A stretch of 64,000 nucleotides of DNA from the human T2T-CHM13v2.0 reference genome, Homo sapiens, in the NCBI RefSeq assembly GCF_009914755.1, contig NC_060929.1; one strand, 5' to 3'. Positions 15,812 to 30,030 of the stretch are shown piece after piece (positions within the stretch are counted from its first letter, which is position 1; each line of letters starts with the position of its first letter). The notes beneath the pieces are model-generated. The model was not told the origin of the DNA. It saw nothing but the letters and a program-made list of their open reading frames with translations, and made no database searches. Both the position numbers and the translations under genes were made by a program.

Positions 15812-17116
15812 CCGTGGTTGGCTTTTACTCCTTCCATTCTGCCACCCTGAAGCTGATCCTCTGGAATTTGCTTGTTTTTGGTGTGTCCAGAAATGAAGGT
15901 CTATCAGTTCTTGAAATTGGGTTGTTTTAAGTAACTGATGTGCTGGGATGACAGTGAAGAAGACAAGATAGGGATTCCTCTTCCTAAACTTTAGGGCCTG
16001 AAGGGACTCCTCATTGACAGCAGATGGGATTTTTAATTTCACTCTGGGATGGAGGAAGTGGAGAGGTGATCCAGGCTGGATTGAAATCTCTCAAGCCTGG
16101 GAGATTTTGCCCAAAGACTTTTGACATGGGAACAGTAGAAACATTGGGAAAATTGGACTTTCAGGTCAGCATTCTGGGTATTTCCCCAGTCTTCCCAGGG
16201 TGGGATCATCTGGCCCCAGTTATGGGAATAAGACCACATAAATAGAAGATGACTTGGGAAGTCATCTTCCCAAGGTGTCAGGGAGGAGGTGGAGGACCAC
16301 TGTTCTGATCAGCCTCCTTCAACCTCACAGTGGGGTTGGTCTCAGATGGTGCCCAGGAACCTGCCAGCAGCGGCACTTTGATGGCACCAAGATCGTGGGT
16401 GCAGGGACCCAGATTTGCTTCCTACTCATGTCTCCCTACCCACTGAAAAATGGAATATCAGTGAGGAATATCTTAGAGGGCTGCCTTTGCTCCTTTTGCC
16501 AGAGAACCAATATTGGTTATTAACAATTGGGCCACATCTGGTGTGCAGAAAAATGAATATTTTAATAGTGCTTCATAGGGTATCGTAGCATCTTATAAAA
16601 AGTGGCCCATCAAATTATTGATTCAATCATTTAAAATGCATTAGCAGAGGATGCCTATCAGACTAAGACATCCATGTTTCTGATCCAGTGAAAAGGGTCC
16701 AGGTAAGGAACACATATGAAGCCTCTTGGCATCCTTGTGTGAGCACGGTGCATGACGTGGCCATCAGTATCATTGTTTTCTTTGAGTTTTTGCTTGAGTG
16801 TTGAGATGTGTGAGGGATAGAAGATCCTTGTTTGCTTCTAGTCCTGACCTACACTGTCCATTAGGGAAATAATTTGTTTTCTTGAACCCATTATATGAAT
16901 AATTTTGTTTTTAATCAATAGAAACAAATGGTCTTTATTTAACTAACAGAAAAAATTCCAATGAGGCCAGGCCACATAGGGGTTTCTGTAAATGTCATAT
17001 CATTTCTCTTCTGTCCCCTCAGCTAAGAGTATAAAAAGTTCAGGCGACCTCCAGGGGCTTTTGCCTACTTAAATAGTATTACTTAGAGATGAGCTAGTAC
17101 TTGGTTTTAAAAGTAA

Positions 17117-17416
<300 letters not shown>

Positions 17417-17659
17417 CTAAAAGTAACAGTTCTAAGCTTTGTACTTACGACACCAAAAACATACAGACTGACATCTAAGTAATTAAGTCAATCATTAAGA
17501 TATTTAGTTATGTCATGCAAAATAATAATCTCCAAGGAGTTCTCAAAGAATTCAGTAGTTTGATGTTATTGCCAGCACAGCCTTTACTGAGTCCTCTTAT
17601 AAATCTTAAAGAAAAATTTAAGATTTTTAATTTTTAAAGATTTAAAAATTTTTAATTAA

Positions 17660-17930
17660 ATTTTTTTTTTAGGGCTGGACTCTTGGTCTGTCGTCCAGGA
17701 TAGAGGGCAGGGATGCCATCACTACTCACTATAACCTCAAACTCCTGGGCTCAAGCAATCCTCCCACCTCAGCCTCCGGAGTAGCTGGGACTACAGGCAT
17801 GCCCCACCACATTCGGCTAATTTTTAAAATTTTTTTGTAGAGACAGGGTCTCACTATATTGTCCAGGCTGCTCTCAAAATCCTGGCCTAAAGTGATCCTC
17901 CTGCCTCAGCCTCCTGAGTAGCTGGGTTAG
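17660..17930 (-). mobile_element. Old (AluJ-like) Alu, truncated
   Basis: aactcctgggctcaagcaatcctcccacctcagcctcc...gagacagggtctcactatattg. Confidence 0.85.
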
Positions 17931-17989
17931 ATCCTGGCAAATGAAAGGGCCCCAGCTTTGAACTACCTTTGGGGACGATCTCACTGCAC

Positions 17990-18420
17990 ACGGGTTCTCA
18001 CACAGCACACCCCGTCACACACATGAACTCACACTGAGAACATATGAACACTACACACATGTTCTCACACAGCACACGCCCCGTCACACCCATGAACTCA
18101 CACCGAGAACACAACATCACACACAGGGACTCACGCACAGAGGACATGTGAACACTACACACACGTTCTCACACAGCACACCCCGTCACACCCATGAACT
18201 CACACCAAGAACACAACATCACACACAGGGACTCACGCACAGAGGACATGTGGACACTACACACACGTTCTCACACAGCACACGCCCCGTCACACTCATG
18301 AACTCACACCGAGAACACAACATCACACACAGGGACTCACGCACAGAGGACATGTGAACACTACACACACGTTCTCACACAGCACACACCCCGTCACACC
18401 CACACCCCCACATGCCTAGA
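17990..18420. repeat. CA-rich minisatellite, ~103-bp unit (about 4 copies)
   Basis: gttctcacacagcac recurs at 17994, 18061, 18165, 18267, 18371. Confidence 0.9.
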
Positions 18421-18459
18421 CACACACATCCTTACTCTGCGTGCATCCCTGGCCTGGTG

Positions 18460-19540
18460 GACGGAAGATCGAGCGCTCTGGGTGGACTTACGGCCACAGG
18501 ACGGGGGCAGAGTCGGCAGGGAGGCCCCTCCGAGGCCCAGTGGGCCCTGCGCTGGCCCCGGCCGCAGACGCCCACCTGCTGCTGTGCTGGCTGCGGCGTG
18601 TGCCCCGGGCTCTGCGGCTGACCTGGCCTCCACGTCTCACCCATGAAGCAGGCATGAAAGGCTGGCCAGGTTGGCTAAATGGGACCACAGCAGAAGCATG
18701 AGCCCCAGAATGTGCACGAAGGAAGAGAGAGCCGGGGGAGGTGGCGGGCTGGGTGTGCAGAGTGGGCCTGAGCTCCGGCCTCCTCCCTGGACGCCCTCCC
18801 GTGGCCGCAGCCATCCCCGCACCCACTGGTGTGGCCTGACCCTTCACCCTGAGCCCACCCTTCGCGGCCACTAGGGAACCTCAGGAGAGGCCGCCGCGGT
18901 GGGGTGGGCGGATTCCCCCGGAGCAGGCCCAGGCCCCTGCTCCTGAGCTCTCCTGCAGCGCCGTCTGCTGGCCACAGAGAACCCACGTGCGCCGGCCGCC
19001 AGGCCTGGGCATCTCCTCTCCTGCAGCGCCGCCTGCTGGCCACAGAGAACCCGCGTGCGCCGGCCGCCAGGCCTGGGCATCTCCTCTCCTGCAGCGCCGC
19101 CTGCTGGCCACAGAGAACCCGCGTGCGCCGGCCGCCTGGCCTGGGCATCTCCTCTCCTGCAGCGCCGCCTGCTGGCCACAGAGAACCCGCGTGCGCCGGC
19201 CGCCTGGCCTGGGCATCTCCTCTCCTGCAGCGCCGCCTGCTGGCCACAGAGAACCCGCGTGTGCCGGCCGCCAGGCCTGGGCATCTCCTCTCCTGCAGCG
19301 CCGCCTGCTGGCCACAGAGAACCCGCGTGCGCCGGCCGCCTGGCCTGGGCATCTCCTCTCCTGCAGCGCCGCCTGCTGGCCACAGAGAACCCACGTGCGC
19401 CGGCCGCCTGGCCTGGGCATCTCCTCTCCTGCAGCGCCGCCTGCTGGCCACAGAGAACCCGCGTGCGCCGGCCGCCAGGCCTGGGCATCTCCCCGGGCCC
19501 TAGTTCCCCCCCTCACCTAAGGGGAGGGACTCCCGTCTTT
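18460..19540. promoter_or_regulatory. CpG island containing the 68-bp VNTR
   Basis: Visibly GC- and CpG-dense relative to flanks. Confidence 0.7.
18948..19491. repeat. GC-rich VNTR, 68-bp unit x8
   Basis: Unit ctctcctgcagcgccgcctgctggccacagagaacccgcgtgcgccggccgcc(a/t)ggcctgggcatctc; gagaacc at 18977 and 19045 (period 68). Confidence 0.95.
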
Positions 19541-20909
19541 CCATCCACCCCCTCCTTGCCTCTGCAGAGCTCCAGGGAAGGCTGGCACCCGCTCACTGCA
19601 TTTAGACTCCATCAGGTTCAGACAGTGGGTCAGGGTACAAGGCTTCAGTGGCCAGGGATGTGGCCTCTAATTTGTAGAGAGAAAGAAGGGCAGAGGCAAA
19701 GGTTTGGGCCCAGGGACTGGGCTCCGTTTCCAGAATCACTCTTGGAGCTGGTGAGCAGAGGGCTGGACACTGCCCTCCATGACCAGCACTGCCCTCCACC
19801 CTAGCTCACTCCCCTAGCTGGCCCAGGGGTTCAGGCTTTCCTTTCATAAAGTGGGGTCGAGGAAAGGCAAAACCTCCTCCCCTGGGCCACACGAACCGTG
19901 GTGCACAGGCTCCCACTAGGTGGGCCAGTCAGCTCATCCCATGGACACACCAGGGGCATCGAGAAAGGAATAGCGACCTGAACCCCATACCCGAAGGGTG
20001 GCCCTCAGGACCCCCAAGGCAGGGAACAGGCTGCAGAGGGTTTGGGGGAGCATCTTGGTGCATAGAAAACAAACACTCTGGGAAGCCGCTGTGAGTGTGT
20101 GTGGCTCTCAGGCCTGTTCTGTCCTGGGTGCGCTGCGTTCCCCAGGCGGCACCATCTCTCTGCCTCTGTACCCTTGAATTCCCTCTGCCTGCACCCGGTC
20201 CCCACCCACCTCCTGCCCAGCCCCACAAGCCCTTCCAGACCACTGCTGGGGCATTCCTGGGCCCCCTCGGTTCTTGGTGACTACCATGCAGTTCTCTATG
20301 GAAACTGACTCTCACTGAAAACAAGTGTAACCGTCTACCTAAGAGACTCACACAGAGTTCTCAGCCAGGTCTCCAGGACAATCAGACGCAACTTGTCATT
20401 CTCACTCATCCCATCACCCGACTAGCTTCTCAGCCCAGCCCTGGGGGAGGTTTTCCCCTTACTTGAAATGTCTCTTGGATTTGAAAAATCCCAGCGTTCA
20501 CCCCTGGTGCCGACACTTGCCTCTGTAACCTTCTGCCTGCTGCTTTGCTCTCATCCAGACCGGTTGGCACTTGGCCCCCTCTGGCCAGCTGGTTCCCCAG
20601 AGACAACCATCTTGCCCACCTTGTGGAAGGCCCCATGGCCTGCCTCACCCCTCACTCCCATTTCACAGCTCTCGTGGTGCTCTACAAGAAAAATCTGCTT
20701 TATAGATGAGGAAAGACCCTTGGGGCAGACAAGACAGTCCCTGTTTGACATAATTCCTTTATCTCTTCTCCCCCAGCTCTGCTGCCCCCTGCCCCATACA
20801 CGTGATGGAGCAGAAAACGTGCTGTGTGAACCTGTGACTTCAGGGCCTGTTGACGTGGTCGTGCTTGCATACTCTCTGGTGAGGGGTGGGGAGAGGGGGT
20901 GGGAGACGG

Positions 20910-21200
20910 GTAGAAATAGATGAAGTAGATGATGGGTGGATTGCTGGCTAGATAGATGATAGATAGGGATAGGTGGTATATGGGTGATAGGTAACAGGTG
21001 ATGGATAGATGATAGAAATAGATGATGGATAGATACTTGATAGGCAAATTAGATAATAGATAGCAATAGATGAACTAGATGATAGATGGAAAGGTAGGTA
21101 GGTAGATATATGATAGATGGTTGATAGATAAAAATAGATGAAATAGATGGCATGGTTAGATAGGTGGGTAGGTAGATAGATGACAGATAGAAAGACAATA
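20910..21200. repeat. Degenerate (GATA/TAGA)n tract
   Basis: Direct reading. Confidence 0.9.
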
Positions 21201-22189
21201 GACCACTGGGGGCTGAGCCTGGCCTGAGCCAGAAAGGTGAGAAGGGGACAGCGGTGAGGACCCCACAGGTCCCTGCTCTCACCCCTATTAGCCCCAGTGT
21301 TTGGCCTGAGCTCTGACTGACAGCTCCCTCTTTCCGAGATGAGACTCAAGAGGAGGAAGAGGGGACTTCCTAAGGACAGGGATTCTTGGTGTCTCCTTGG
21401 GGGTGGTAGACACTGCCTGCCTCGCCTGCTGTGGCCTCTCTGCACACAACCAACGACCCCTAAAGGGCTCCATGGGCGCCCATGCTGCCCCCATCAGCTG
21501 ACACCCCCTGTGCGAAGATTCTCCTCCTCCTCTTCCTCCTGCCTTTCTGTCCCCTCATCCTCCTCTTTATGGAATTAACTTCCCTTGGTCAACATCTTCC
21601 TGCTTCACTCACTTCCCTAAACTCCTCCCTATCCCTTCTCAATCTGCAAGAAAAATGTAGAAAGAATATGGTAAAGGAAAGCTTTGAGCCCATATTTGGG
21701 TCCAATGCCGACACCACATGCCCCAAAGCCCCCTTGAGAGCATCCACGTCCGTGTAGTTGAGTATTGCCCGAGCTGGAGTGAGATTTGCCTCTCTACGGA
21801 GCTGCCTTCCTGCAGTTCAAGAGCACTGTCTCTTTTCTGGGCCTCCTGCCTGGTGCAAGGGCCCCAGCTGAGCCTCCTCCAGCTCTGACCTCTGGTGGTT
21901 CCGGGCTGCCCCAGAGGGTCTTGCCCAGGCTCTGACACTTGGCATGGTCTGGGAGCTCCAGCAGCCACAGCCCAGCCCTGGGGAGGCTTTGTGGTCTCTG
22001 AGGGGGCAGGTGCACTCCCCCAACTCCAGTTCATGTTTTTCCCTCCAACTCTAAGCCTTTTTCTTCCTCTGCTATTACCCAGGCACCCTACCCTGTCAAC
22101 AACACTGGCCTTCAAGACCCTTTGTAGCATAACTCCCACCTATAACTCCCACCTGAAGCCAGCCCTTCCCACCTCTGCGCCTCTGATGC

Positions 22190-22325
22190 CCAGGACAGCT
22201 CTGACCATGGGCAGCTCTGACCCAGGACAGCTCTGACCTTGGGCAGCCCTGATCTGGGGCAGCTCTGACCTCGAGTAGCTGTGACCCTGGGCAGCTCTGA
22301 CTCTGGGTAGTCGTGACCCTGGGGA
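22190..22325. repeat. Short tandem repeat of ~16-bp cagctctgacc-type units
   Basis: cagctctgacc / cagccctgatc / tagctgtgacc recur about 8 times. Confidence 0.8.
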
Positions 22326-23079
22326 ACTCTCAGCACGGGGGTTGCATGCTCCTGTTTAGACAGCTGCTGTCCCCCAAGCTGGCTCACTATCCCATGTTGG
22401 AGTGCACTGTTCGGGGCTGCCTGCCTGGATTGATGCAGGGAAACTTGGTTCCAGCCCACCTCCTCCTGCGGAGGCTGAGTCAGGGGCTCTTCCCTCGGCC
22501 AGGCTGAAAGGCAGCTGTTGGTCCCCCTGTGAGGTCTTCCACATGGCCTGGGAGAGTCTCCCCATCTCTTCAGGCAGAAGGGAGGACAGTCCATAATGTT
22601 CCTTCCAGTCCTCTGACTTGTCATTTTTCTACCCCAAATCTTGCACTTTAACCCCATAGAGAGCTCCTGAAGGGGGAATTTTAACTGGCAAAACTCAGAA
22701 CTCCATCCAAACACAACCGAAACCATCCTGGGTGGCTTAGAGGTGGCTGCCTCCCAGACAAGTCCATAGCCCCACAGAAACGTCTGGTCCTTCACCTGCC
22801 AGAGCTCAGGCTTTTTGGTTGAAGCCGGAGACAGGCCCAGCTCAGAGTGTGCCCCGGTTTATCCTGAACACCGACTTGGTGCGGTGTGTGTGACAGACCA
22901 GCGAAGCGGGTCTTGCTGCCTGTCCTGTGGTTGGCCCTTGGCTCCCAGCCTCGAGTCCTACCCTTAGGCCAGGTCAGAGCAGGTTCAGCAGCAGGACTGG
23001 CTAGGCACCACCCAGGCTCATGAGGTGGCTTTGTGGGGAGGAAATGAGGTTTTTTTTTTTCCTCTTGTAAAGTTGCTTG

Positions 23080-24000
23080 TTGTTAATTTAAAATTTTAAT
23101 TTCATTTCTGAATTAACATTCAGCAAAACTGCTATTTTTTGGTGTACAGTTCTATGAGTTTAACACATTTATAGATTCATGTAGCAACACTGTGGATACA
23201 GAACAGTTACATCACCCCCAGAACTCCGTTCACAGTCACGCTCCCCGACCCAGCCCCGGCAGCTCTCCCTGTGGTTTGTCTTTTGCAGAGGAAATCCCGC
23301 AGCTGGCGGCACCTGGAGACCGGCTCCTCGCCGAGCCGACCGCGCGTGCGCGGCTCCCTCCTCGTCCGTGCTGAGCGCCGCGTGGGGTTCCGCGTGGAGG
23401 CGCCTGTGCCGCTGAAGCGTGTTTGGGTTGCTTCCAGGGTGGGATGGTTGTTGGATAGAGCTGTTTGTGCATTTGCGTTGTAGGTTTTTGTGTGAACATA
23501 AGCTTTTGTTTCTCTCGGGTACATACCCAGAAGTGCAATTGCTGAGTCATGTGGGAAGCGTGTGCCCAACTTTACAGGAAAACACCACAGGCCGCCCCTT
23601 CGCTTTGCGCTCCCGCTAATCGGGAATGAGTGCCTGCTGCTCCGCGTTCTTGCGGGCACCCAGCATTTTCCGTGCTTACATTTCAGCCATCCCGGAATGA
23701 ATGAAAAGCGTTTCCTAGTGGCTGTAATTTGCATCTCCCTGGTGGCTGATGGAAGCTTATTTCCCATCCATATCCCTTGCTTGGTGACGCATCTGTTCAA
23801 GTCCTTCCCCGGTTTGTAACTGGATTATTTGGTGTTTTTACTGTTGGATTTTGAGAGTTCTTTATGTATTCTAGATACAATTCCTTTGCCAGATATGAGA
23901 TTCACAAATATTTTCTCCAACTCTATGTCTTGTGTTTTCATTCTCTCAACAGTGACTTTTGCAGCATTCATAGGGATTTTATGTTTTCTTCTCAAAGTTT
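23080..24000 (-). mobile_element. Old L1M 3' region (antisense)
   Basis: gtgtacagttctatgagttttaac; catacccagaagtgcaattgctgagtcat; taatttgcatctccctg; gagagttctttatgtattctagatac. Confidence 0.8.
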
Positions 24001-24427
24001 TATAAACCACTATATTTAAAATTTTAATTTAAAAACTATAAACCTATTATAGTTTTTAAATTAAACTGTAAACCTCTTATATAGATTTTCTGTTTAAACT
24101 TATGATTCCTTTTAAGTTAATTATTATGTAAGTTGTGAGGGTTGGGTCAAGGCATTCCTTTGCTTAAAATCCCCAGCTTTTCATTTCTCTCAGACAGAAG
24201 TCTTGACCTGCAGGGTCAGGCTCCCCTGCTCTCTGAGCTCGCCCTCCCCACGCAGCGCTAGCCCCTGGACTATTCTCACCACTCAGGCCTTGGCCTCCAT
24301 ACCCGCTTGGCACCCACCAAAGGGTCCGGGGACCCCTCCACAGGGCAGCGTTCTGTCTGTGAGGTGAAGCGGGAGCAGAGGGCCAGGCAGAGCCAGGCTG
24401 GGACCCAATCTCTGCTTCAGGCTGGTC

Positions 24428-24724
<297 letters not shown>

Positions 24725-25402
24725 AGGCTGGTCTTTTTTGCCAGAGTTAGTGTTGTATTGAGGGACATGGAGGGAGAAAAGGGGGTCAGTTAGGGGCAAG
24801 TTTACTTGTGCAGGTAACCAGGGTGAGGGCTCGAGGGGAGAAGAGAGATAAGGAGGGCAGAGCTCAGCCAAGTTGGCCTGATGACATGACCAGAATGTGA
24901 TCACTAGATCCCCTGCCTGGAGGCCCAAGTGTGGCCCCAGGTCTGGATAGTTGCAGCCACTGTGGGGAAGCTTCAGTTTGGGAGCCACAGAAACCAAGAA
25001 TATTGTCTGGGAAGCTGATGTGCAGAGAGGAGAATGGAGCGGATGGAGGTGCGGTGGGGGAGAGAGACAAAGAGACAGAGAGGAGAGTAAAAGCCTGTTG
25101 CTGGCTCCACTATGTTGGGCTTGTCAGCCCAGCTTCTTCTTGTCCCATCCATAAAATGGGCTGGTGTCGCCCATCCTGGTTAGGAGGCACAAGGAAGTGT
25201 TGCGCTGTGTGCTCGGCCCAGCTGACTCAGCAGCTCTCCAACCTTGGGGACTCTCCAGACAGGTGTGTGCAGGTGAGGTGCTGGACCAAGGAAGGGCAGG
25301 TGGAGGACATGGCCGAGGGGAGCTCTGTGAGCTGAGCTGCCTGCTTCGAGGGTGCCCTTGAGGCCCAGGACTGACCCCTGGAGGGAGAGGCTTCCTTCCT
25401 TC

Positions 25403-26020
25403 TGTTGGGGCTCAGAAAACAACGCCCCAAAATGAAGTCCTCAGCAGCAGCCTCAGAAGCAAAAGTTGTCTCTGACCTTCTCCTGCCCTCCTGTCTCTCA
25501 GTCTCATTCTCCCCGAAGGCGCTGTAGAAACCAGACTCTCTTTTTCCCCAAGGCCGGTCACAGAAATCAGAACCCCTTCTCCCCAAAGCTGGTCAGAAAA
25601 CCTAAAAATATTACTCAGTTTTCCGTCTACCTTTCTATATAAGAGCTGACTAGAGAGAAATGATCCAACATCCCTTGTTTGACTGTAGGTCATGAGACTG
25701 TCATTCCAGAGAGGGCCCTGCCCCACGTCCAGAGAAGAAAATGCTCAGAGACGAAGACAAATCTAGACAGACCTTGCTGGGTTCCCACTCAGTCTATTCA
25801 CATTAGATCAAGCCCTTTGTGTCCAATCCTTTTTTTAGAGGACTGTTCATACGTTATTAAACCTAAACATAAAAATGGACAATTTCCCCCATCGTTGGGT
25901 CTTCGTTCTAAAGGTTCTTATATGTACACATCACATAAATTTGCATACCGTTTCTCCTATTAATCCATCTGTCTCATGTCAGTGACTTCTCAGCAAACCT
26001 TTAGGGGCCAAGGGGCCCCA
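25403..26020 (+). mobile_element. ERV1 solo LTR
   Basis: Starts tgttggggctcagaaaacaacgccccaaaatgaag...gcctcagaagcaaaag, an ERV1 LTR 5' end; subfamily uncertain. Confidence 0.6.
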
Positions 26021-26479
26021 CACTCTCCAGCGGCAGGCACAATGGGCCTGGGGTGCAGTTGTGGACACTCGGACCCTCCTTGGAGCTGGTTTAGCTGTGC
26101 TGTGTGCTTGTGGGAATGGATTGCCATGATTTCTGGGCTCTAATAAATTGTGCTTCAATCGACTCTTGAGGAGTTAATGAGAGGCCTCACTTCAGACCAT
26201 AAACACCCTCCCTGTGTGGGATAGAAACACACATCGTCACAGCCAGGAGGTCAGTCGGGTGAGGGTCTGCTTTGCTTACAAGGTCCAGAAACCCAGCAGA
26301 AAACCCTCGAGGCCACATCAGTGAAGAGTAACTTATTTCAGCAACATTTCCATGTGTGACACAAGACACACATTTCCTGCATCCACCTTTAAAGTCAAGA
26401 AGTTGAAGCTGAATAAAGCCAGCAGGCAGCGAAAATCACCTGCACTCAGTTCAGTTGTGGCAGGAAAGGGAAAGAGCCA

Positions 26480-26710
26480 TGAAGAAAGGAGAGGGGGATG
26501 GAGAGGGAGAAAGGAGAGGGGGATGGAGAGGAGAAAGGAGAGGGGGATGGAGAGGGAGAAAGGAGAGGGGGATAGAGAGGAGAAAGGAGAGGGGGCTAGA
26601 GAGGAGAAAGGAGAGGGAGATGGAGAGGGGGATGGAGAGGGGGATGGAGAGGAGAAAGGAGACGGGGATGGAGGGGGGATGGAGAGAAGAAAGGAGAGGA
26701 GGGTGGAGAG
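26480..26710. repeat. Polypurine (GGAGA-rich) tandem tract, ~25-bp units
   Basis: ggagagggggatggagag(g)gagaaa repeated. Confidence 0.9.
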
Positions 26711-26810
26711 CGACAGCTGCAGAGGGAGGCAGGGAGGCTGGCTGGGCGTGGACAGCTGCAGAGGGAGGCAGGGGAGGCCGGCTGGGCATGGACACTGCAG
26801 AGGGGACACA
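26711..26810. repeat. ~40-bp tandem repeat (2-3 copies)
   Basis: gacagctgcagagggaggcaggg...ggctgggc(g/a)tg repeated. Confidence 0.75.
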
Positions 26811-27725
26811 GCCACTCTGGGAACAGCAGCCAGTGGCGGATCTGCCTGGAATGCTGTTCCCTCCTGTCCAGGATGGGCCTGTCTCTGCAGACAGGGGCCC
26901 TCCCCTTCCTGGCCTGGCTGTGCACTCCCCATGTGCATGGTGGAAGCTCTGCAGAGGCCGTTCTGCTCCAGAGTGGGGCATAGCCTCGGGCGAGGTTCAC
27001 AGCTTGGGGGGCTGGTCCTGCCCTGTCCCACATGTGGCTGTGTGGGCAGCATGGATCTTCTTCCGCGGTGACCCTGTGTGCCCACCCCCCCCAACTTATG
27101 CCTGCTTCCCAAGGCCATGGGCCTCACCCTCAGACTTCACTTTTGTGTATATGGAAAGACACAATTATCGGGACAGAAACAGATCAGTATTTGCCAGTGG
27201 GTGAGTGAGGGGAGAGGAGTTTACTACCGAGGGGCCGAACTGGGGCCATTTTTGAGGGATGAAAGTCTTCTGTGTGGCTCTACAGAGTTGGGTACGTGAT
27301 GCTGTGCTTGTCAAACCCCACAGGACTGGACCTCACTGTGGGAACAACAAGATCAACAAGAGGAGCAAGAACAACATCAAGAGTCAGGGCCCGGGGGTCC
27401 TGACGGGTACAGGACGGGTACAGACCCACACAGGAATCCCAGAGTGTGTTCCACAGCAGGACACGCCTGCGCTGAAAGAGTGGGCAGAAAGGAGCTGACC
27501 TGGGTAAGTCCAAAAACAGTGTTTTGATTAGATTCTGGAAAGAATCAAATAACTCTGCATATCTAAGCACTAAACTCCAATTGGTAAAATTGTTTCCCAC
27601 AGCAATACATGTTAGCAACTTTGAAACTACTTTTATATATACTAAGGTTTCACAAATAAGTCAATACAGTAGTAAGAGTCAGGGTTCTCACAGCTGGATA
27701 AGGAAGTCATGGAAAAGCCAGCGGG

Positions 27726-28980
27726 GACCCTGAGGTCCATATATAATATATATTATACATATATACAGATCAGAATGGACCCTAAGGTGGTCGGTTATAG
27801 ACAGATATGCCAGCAGGAACTCATGTTTACATGATACATATATACAGATCAGAATGGACCCTGAGGACCATATATAATATATATTATACATATATGCAGA
27901 TCAGAATGGACCCTGAGGTCCATATATAATATATATTATACATATATACAGATCAGAATGGACCCTAAGGTGGTCGGTTATAGACAGATATGCCAGCAGG
28001 AACTCATGTTTACATGATACATATATACAGATCAGAATGGACCCTGAGGACCATATATAATATATATTATACATATATACAGATCAGAATGGACCCTAAG
28101 GTGGTCGGTTATAGACAGATATGCCAGCAGGAACTCATGTTTACATGATACATATATACAGATCAGAATGGACCCTGAGGTCCATATATAATATATATTA
28201 TACATATATGCAGATCAGAATGGACCCTGAGGTCCATATATAATATATATTATACATATATACAGATCAGAATGGACCCTGAGGTGGTCAGTTATAGTCA
28301 GATATGCCAGCAGGAACTCGTGTTTACATGATACATATATACAGATCAGAATGGACCCTGAGGTGGTCGGTTACAGTCAGATATGCCAGCAGGAACTCGT
28401 GTTTACATGATACTTATATACAGATCGGAATGGACCCTGAGGTGGTCAGTTATAGTCAGATATGCCAGTAGGAACTCGTGTTTACATGATACATACATAC
28501 AGATCAGAATGGACCCTGAGGTGGTCAGTTATAGTCAGATATGCCAGTAGGAACTCATGTTTACATGATACATATATACAGATCAGAATGGACCCTGAGG
28601 TGGTCGGTTATAGTCAGATATGCCAGCAGGAACTCGTGTTTACATGATACATATATACAGATCAGAATGGACCCTGAGGTGGTCGGTTACAGTCAGATAT
28701 GCCAGCAGGAACTCGTGTTTACATGATACTTATATACAGATCGGAATGAACCCTGAGGTGGTCAGTTATAGTCAGATATGCCAGTAGGAAATCATGTTTA
28801 CATGATACATATATACAGATCAGAATGGACCCTGAGGTGGTCGGTTACAGTCAGATATGCCAGTAGGAAGTCGTGTTTACATGATACATATATACAGATC
28901 AGAATGGACCCTGAGGTGGTCAGTTATAGTCAGATATGCCAGCAGGAACTCATGTTTACATAATACATATATACAGATAG
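27726..28980. repeat. Composite VNTR of 52-bp (x6) and 79-bp (x12) units
   Basis: Unit starts at 27726, 27778, 27857, 27909, 27961, 28040, 28092, 28171, 28223, 28275, then every 79 bp to 28907. Confidence 0.93.
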
Positions 28981-29448
28981 GTTAAATATATACACACACA
29001 CGTGCGTGTGCATACATGGCTTAGCACACACATCTGTAGATCCTGGGTTTGTCCTTTGAGAGGGGACACCCCAGTAGCAGCAAGCACATTCCATGCCCAG
29101 ATGTTAGTTTCTAAATTTCATCTTCAATAAAAGGAGCCAAGTCTCCCTGGAGAAATGGCTGATAATTGGGATGTGGGAGAGAAAATACAAGATGAACCTG
29201 GAGCATCTTGTAGTCCCAGGAAGTAAGAAAATGCTCAAAAATAAAATTTTTAAAAAGCTGTGGGCATTTCAAAAGGGCATGGAACCCAAAATGTAAGAGC
29301 TCCCAGTGGCCACAGCTACAATGATTTGAGTGCACACACACTCACACAGACATACACACACACACACACACAAATCGGATTATGCCCCAAAGAATAAAAT
29401 GAATGTCCATGGATTTGTAAGCATATAAATAAATTATTGAATAAATTA

Positions 29449-30030
<582 letters not shown>

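Noticed and set aside
18675-19804. Overlapping 177-258 aa ORFs on both strands
   Set aside because: Products of the GC-rich 68-bp VNTR.
26333-27204. Gly/Glu/Arg- and Ser/Pro-rich ORFs
   Set aside because: Polypurine simple repeat.
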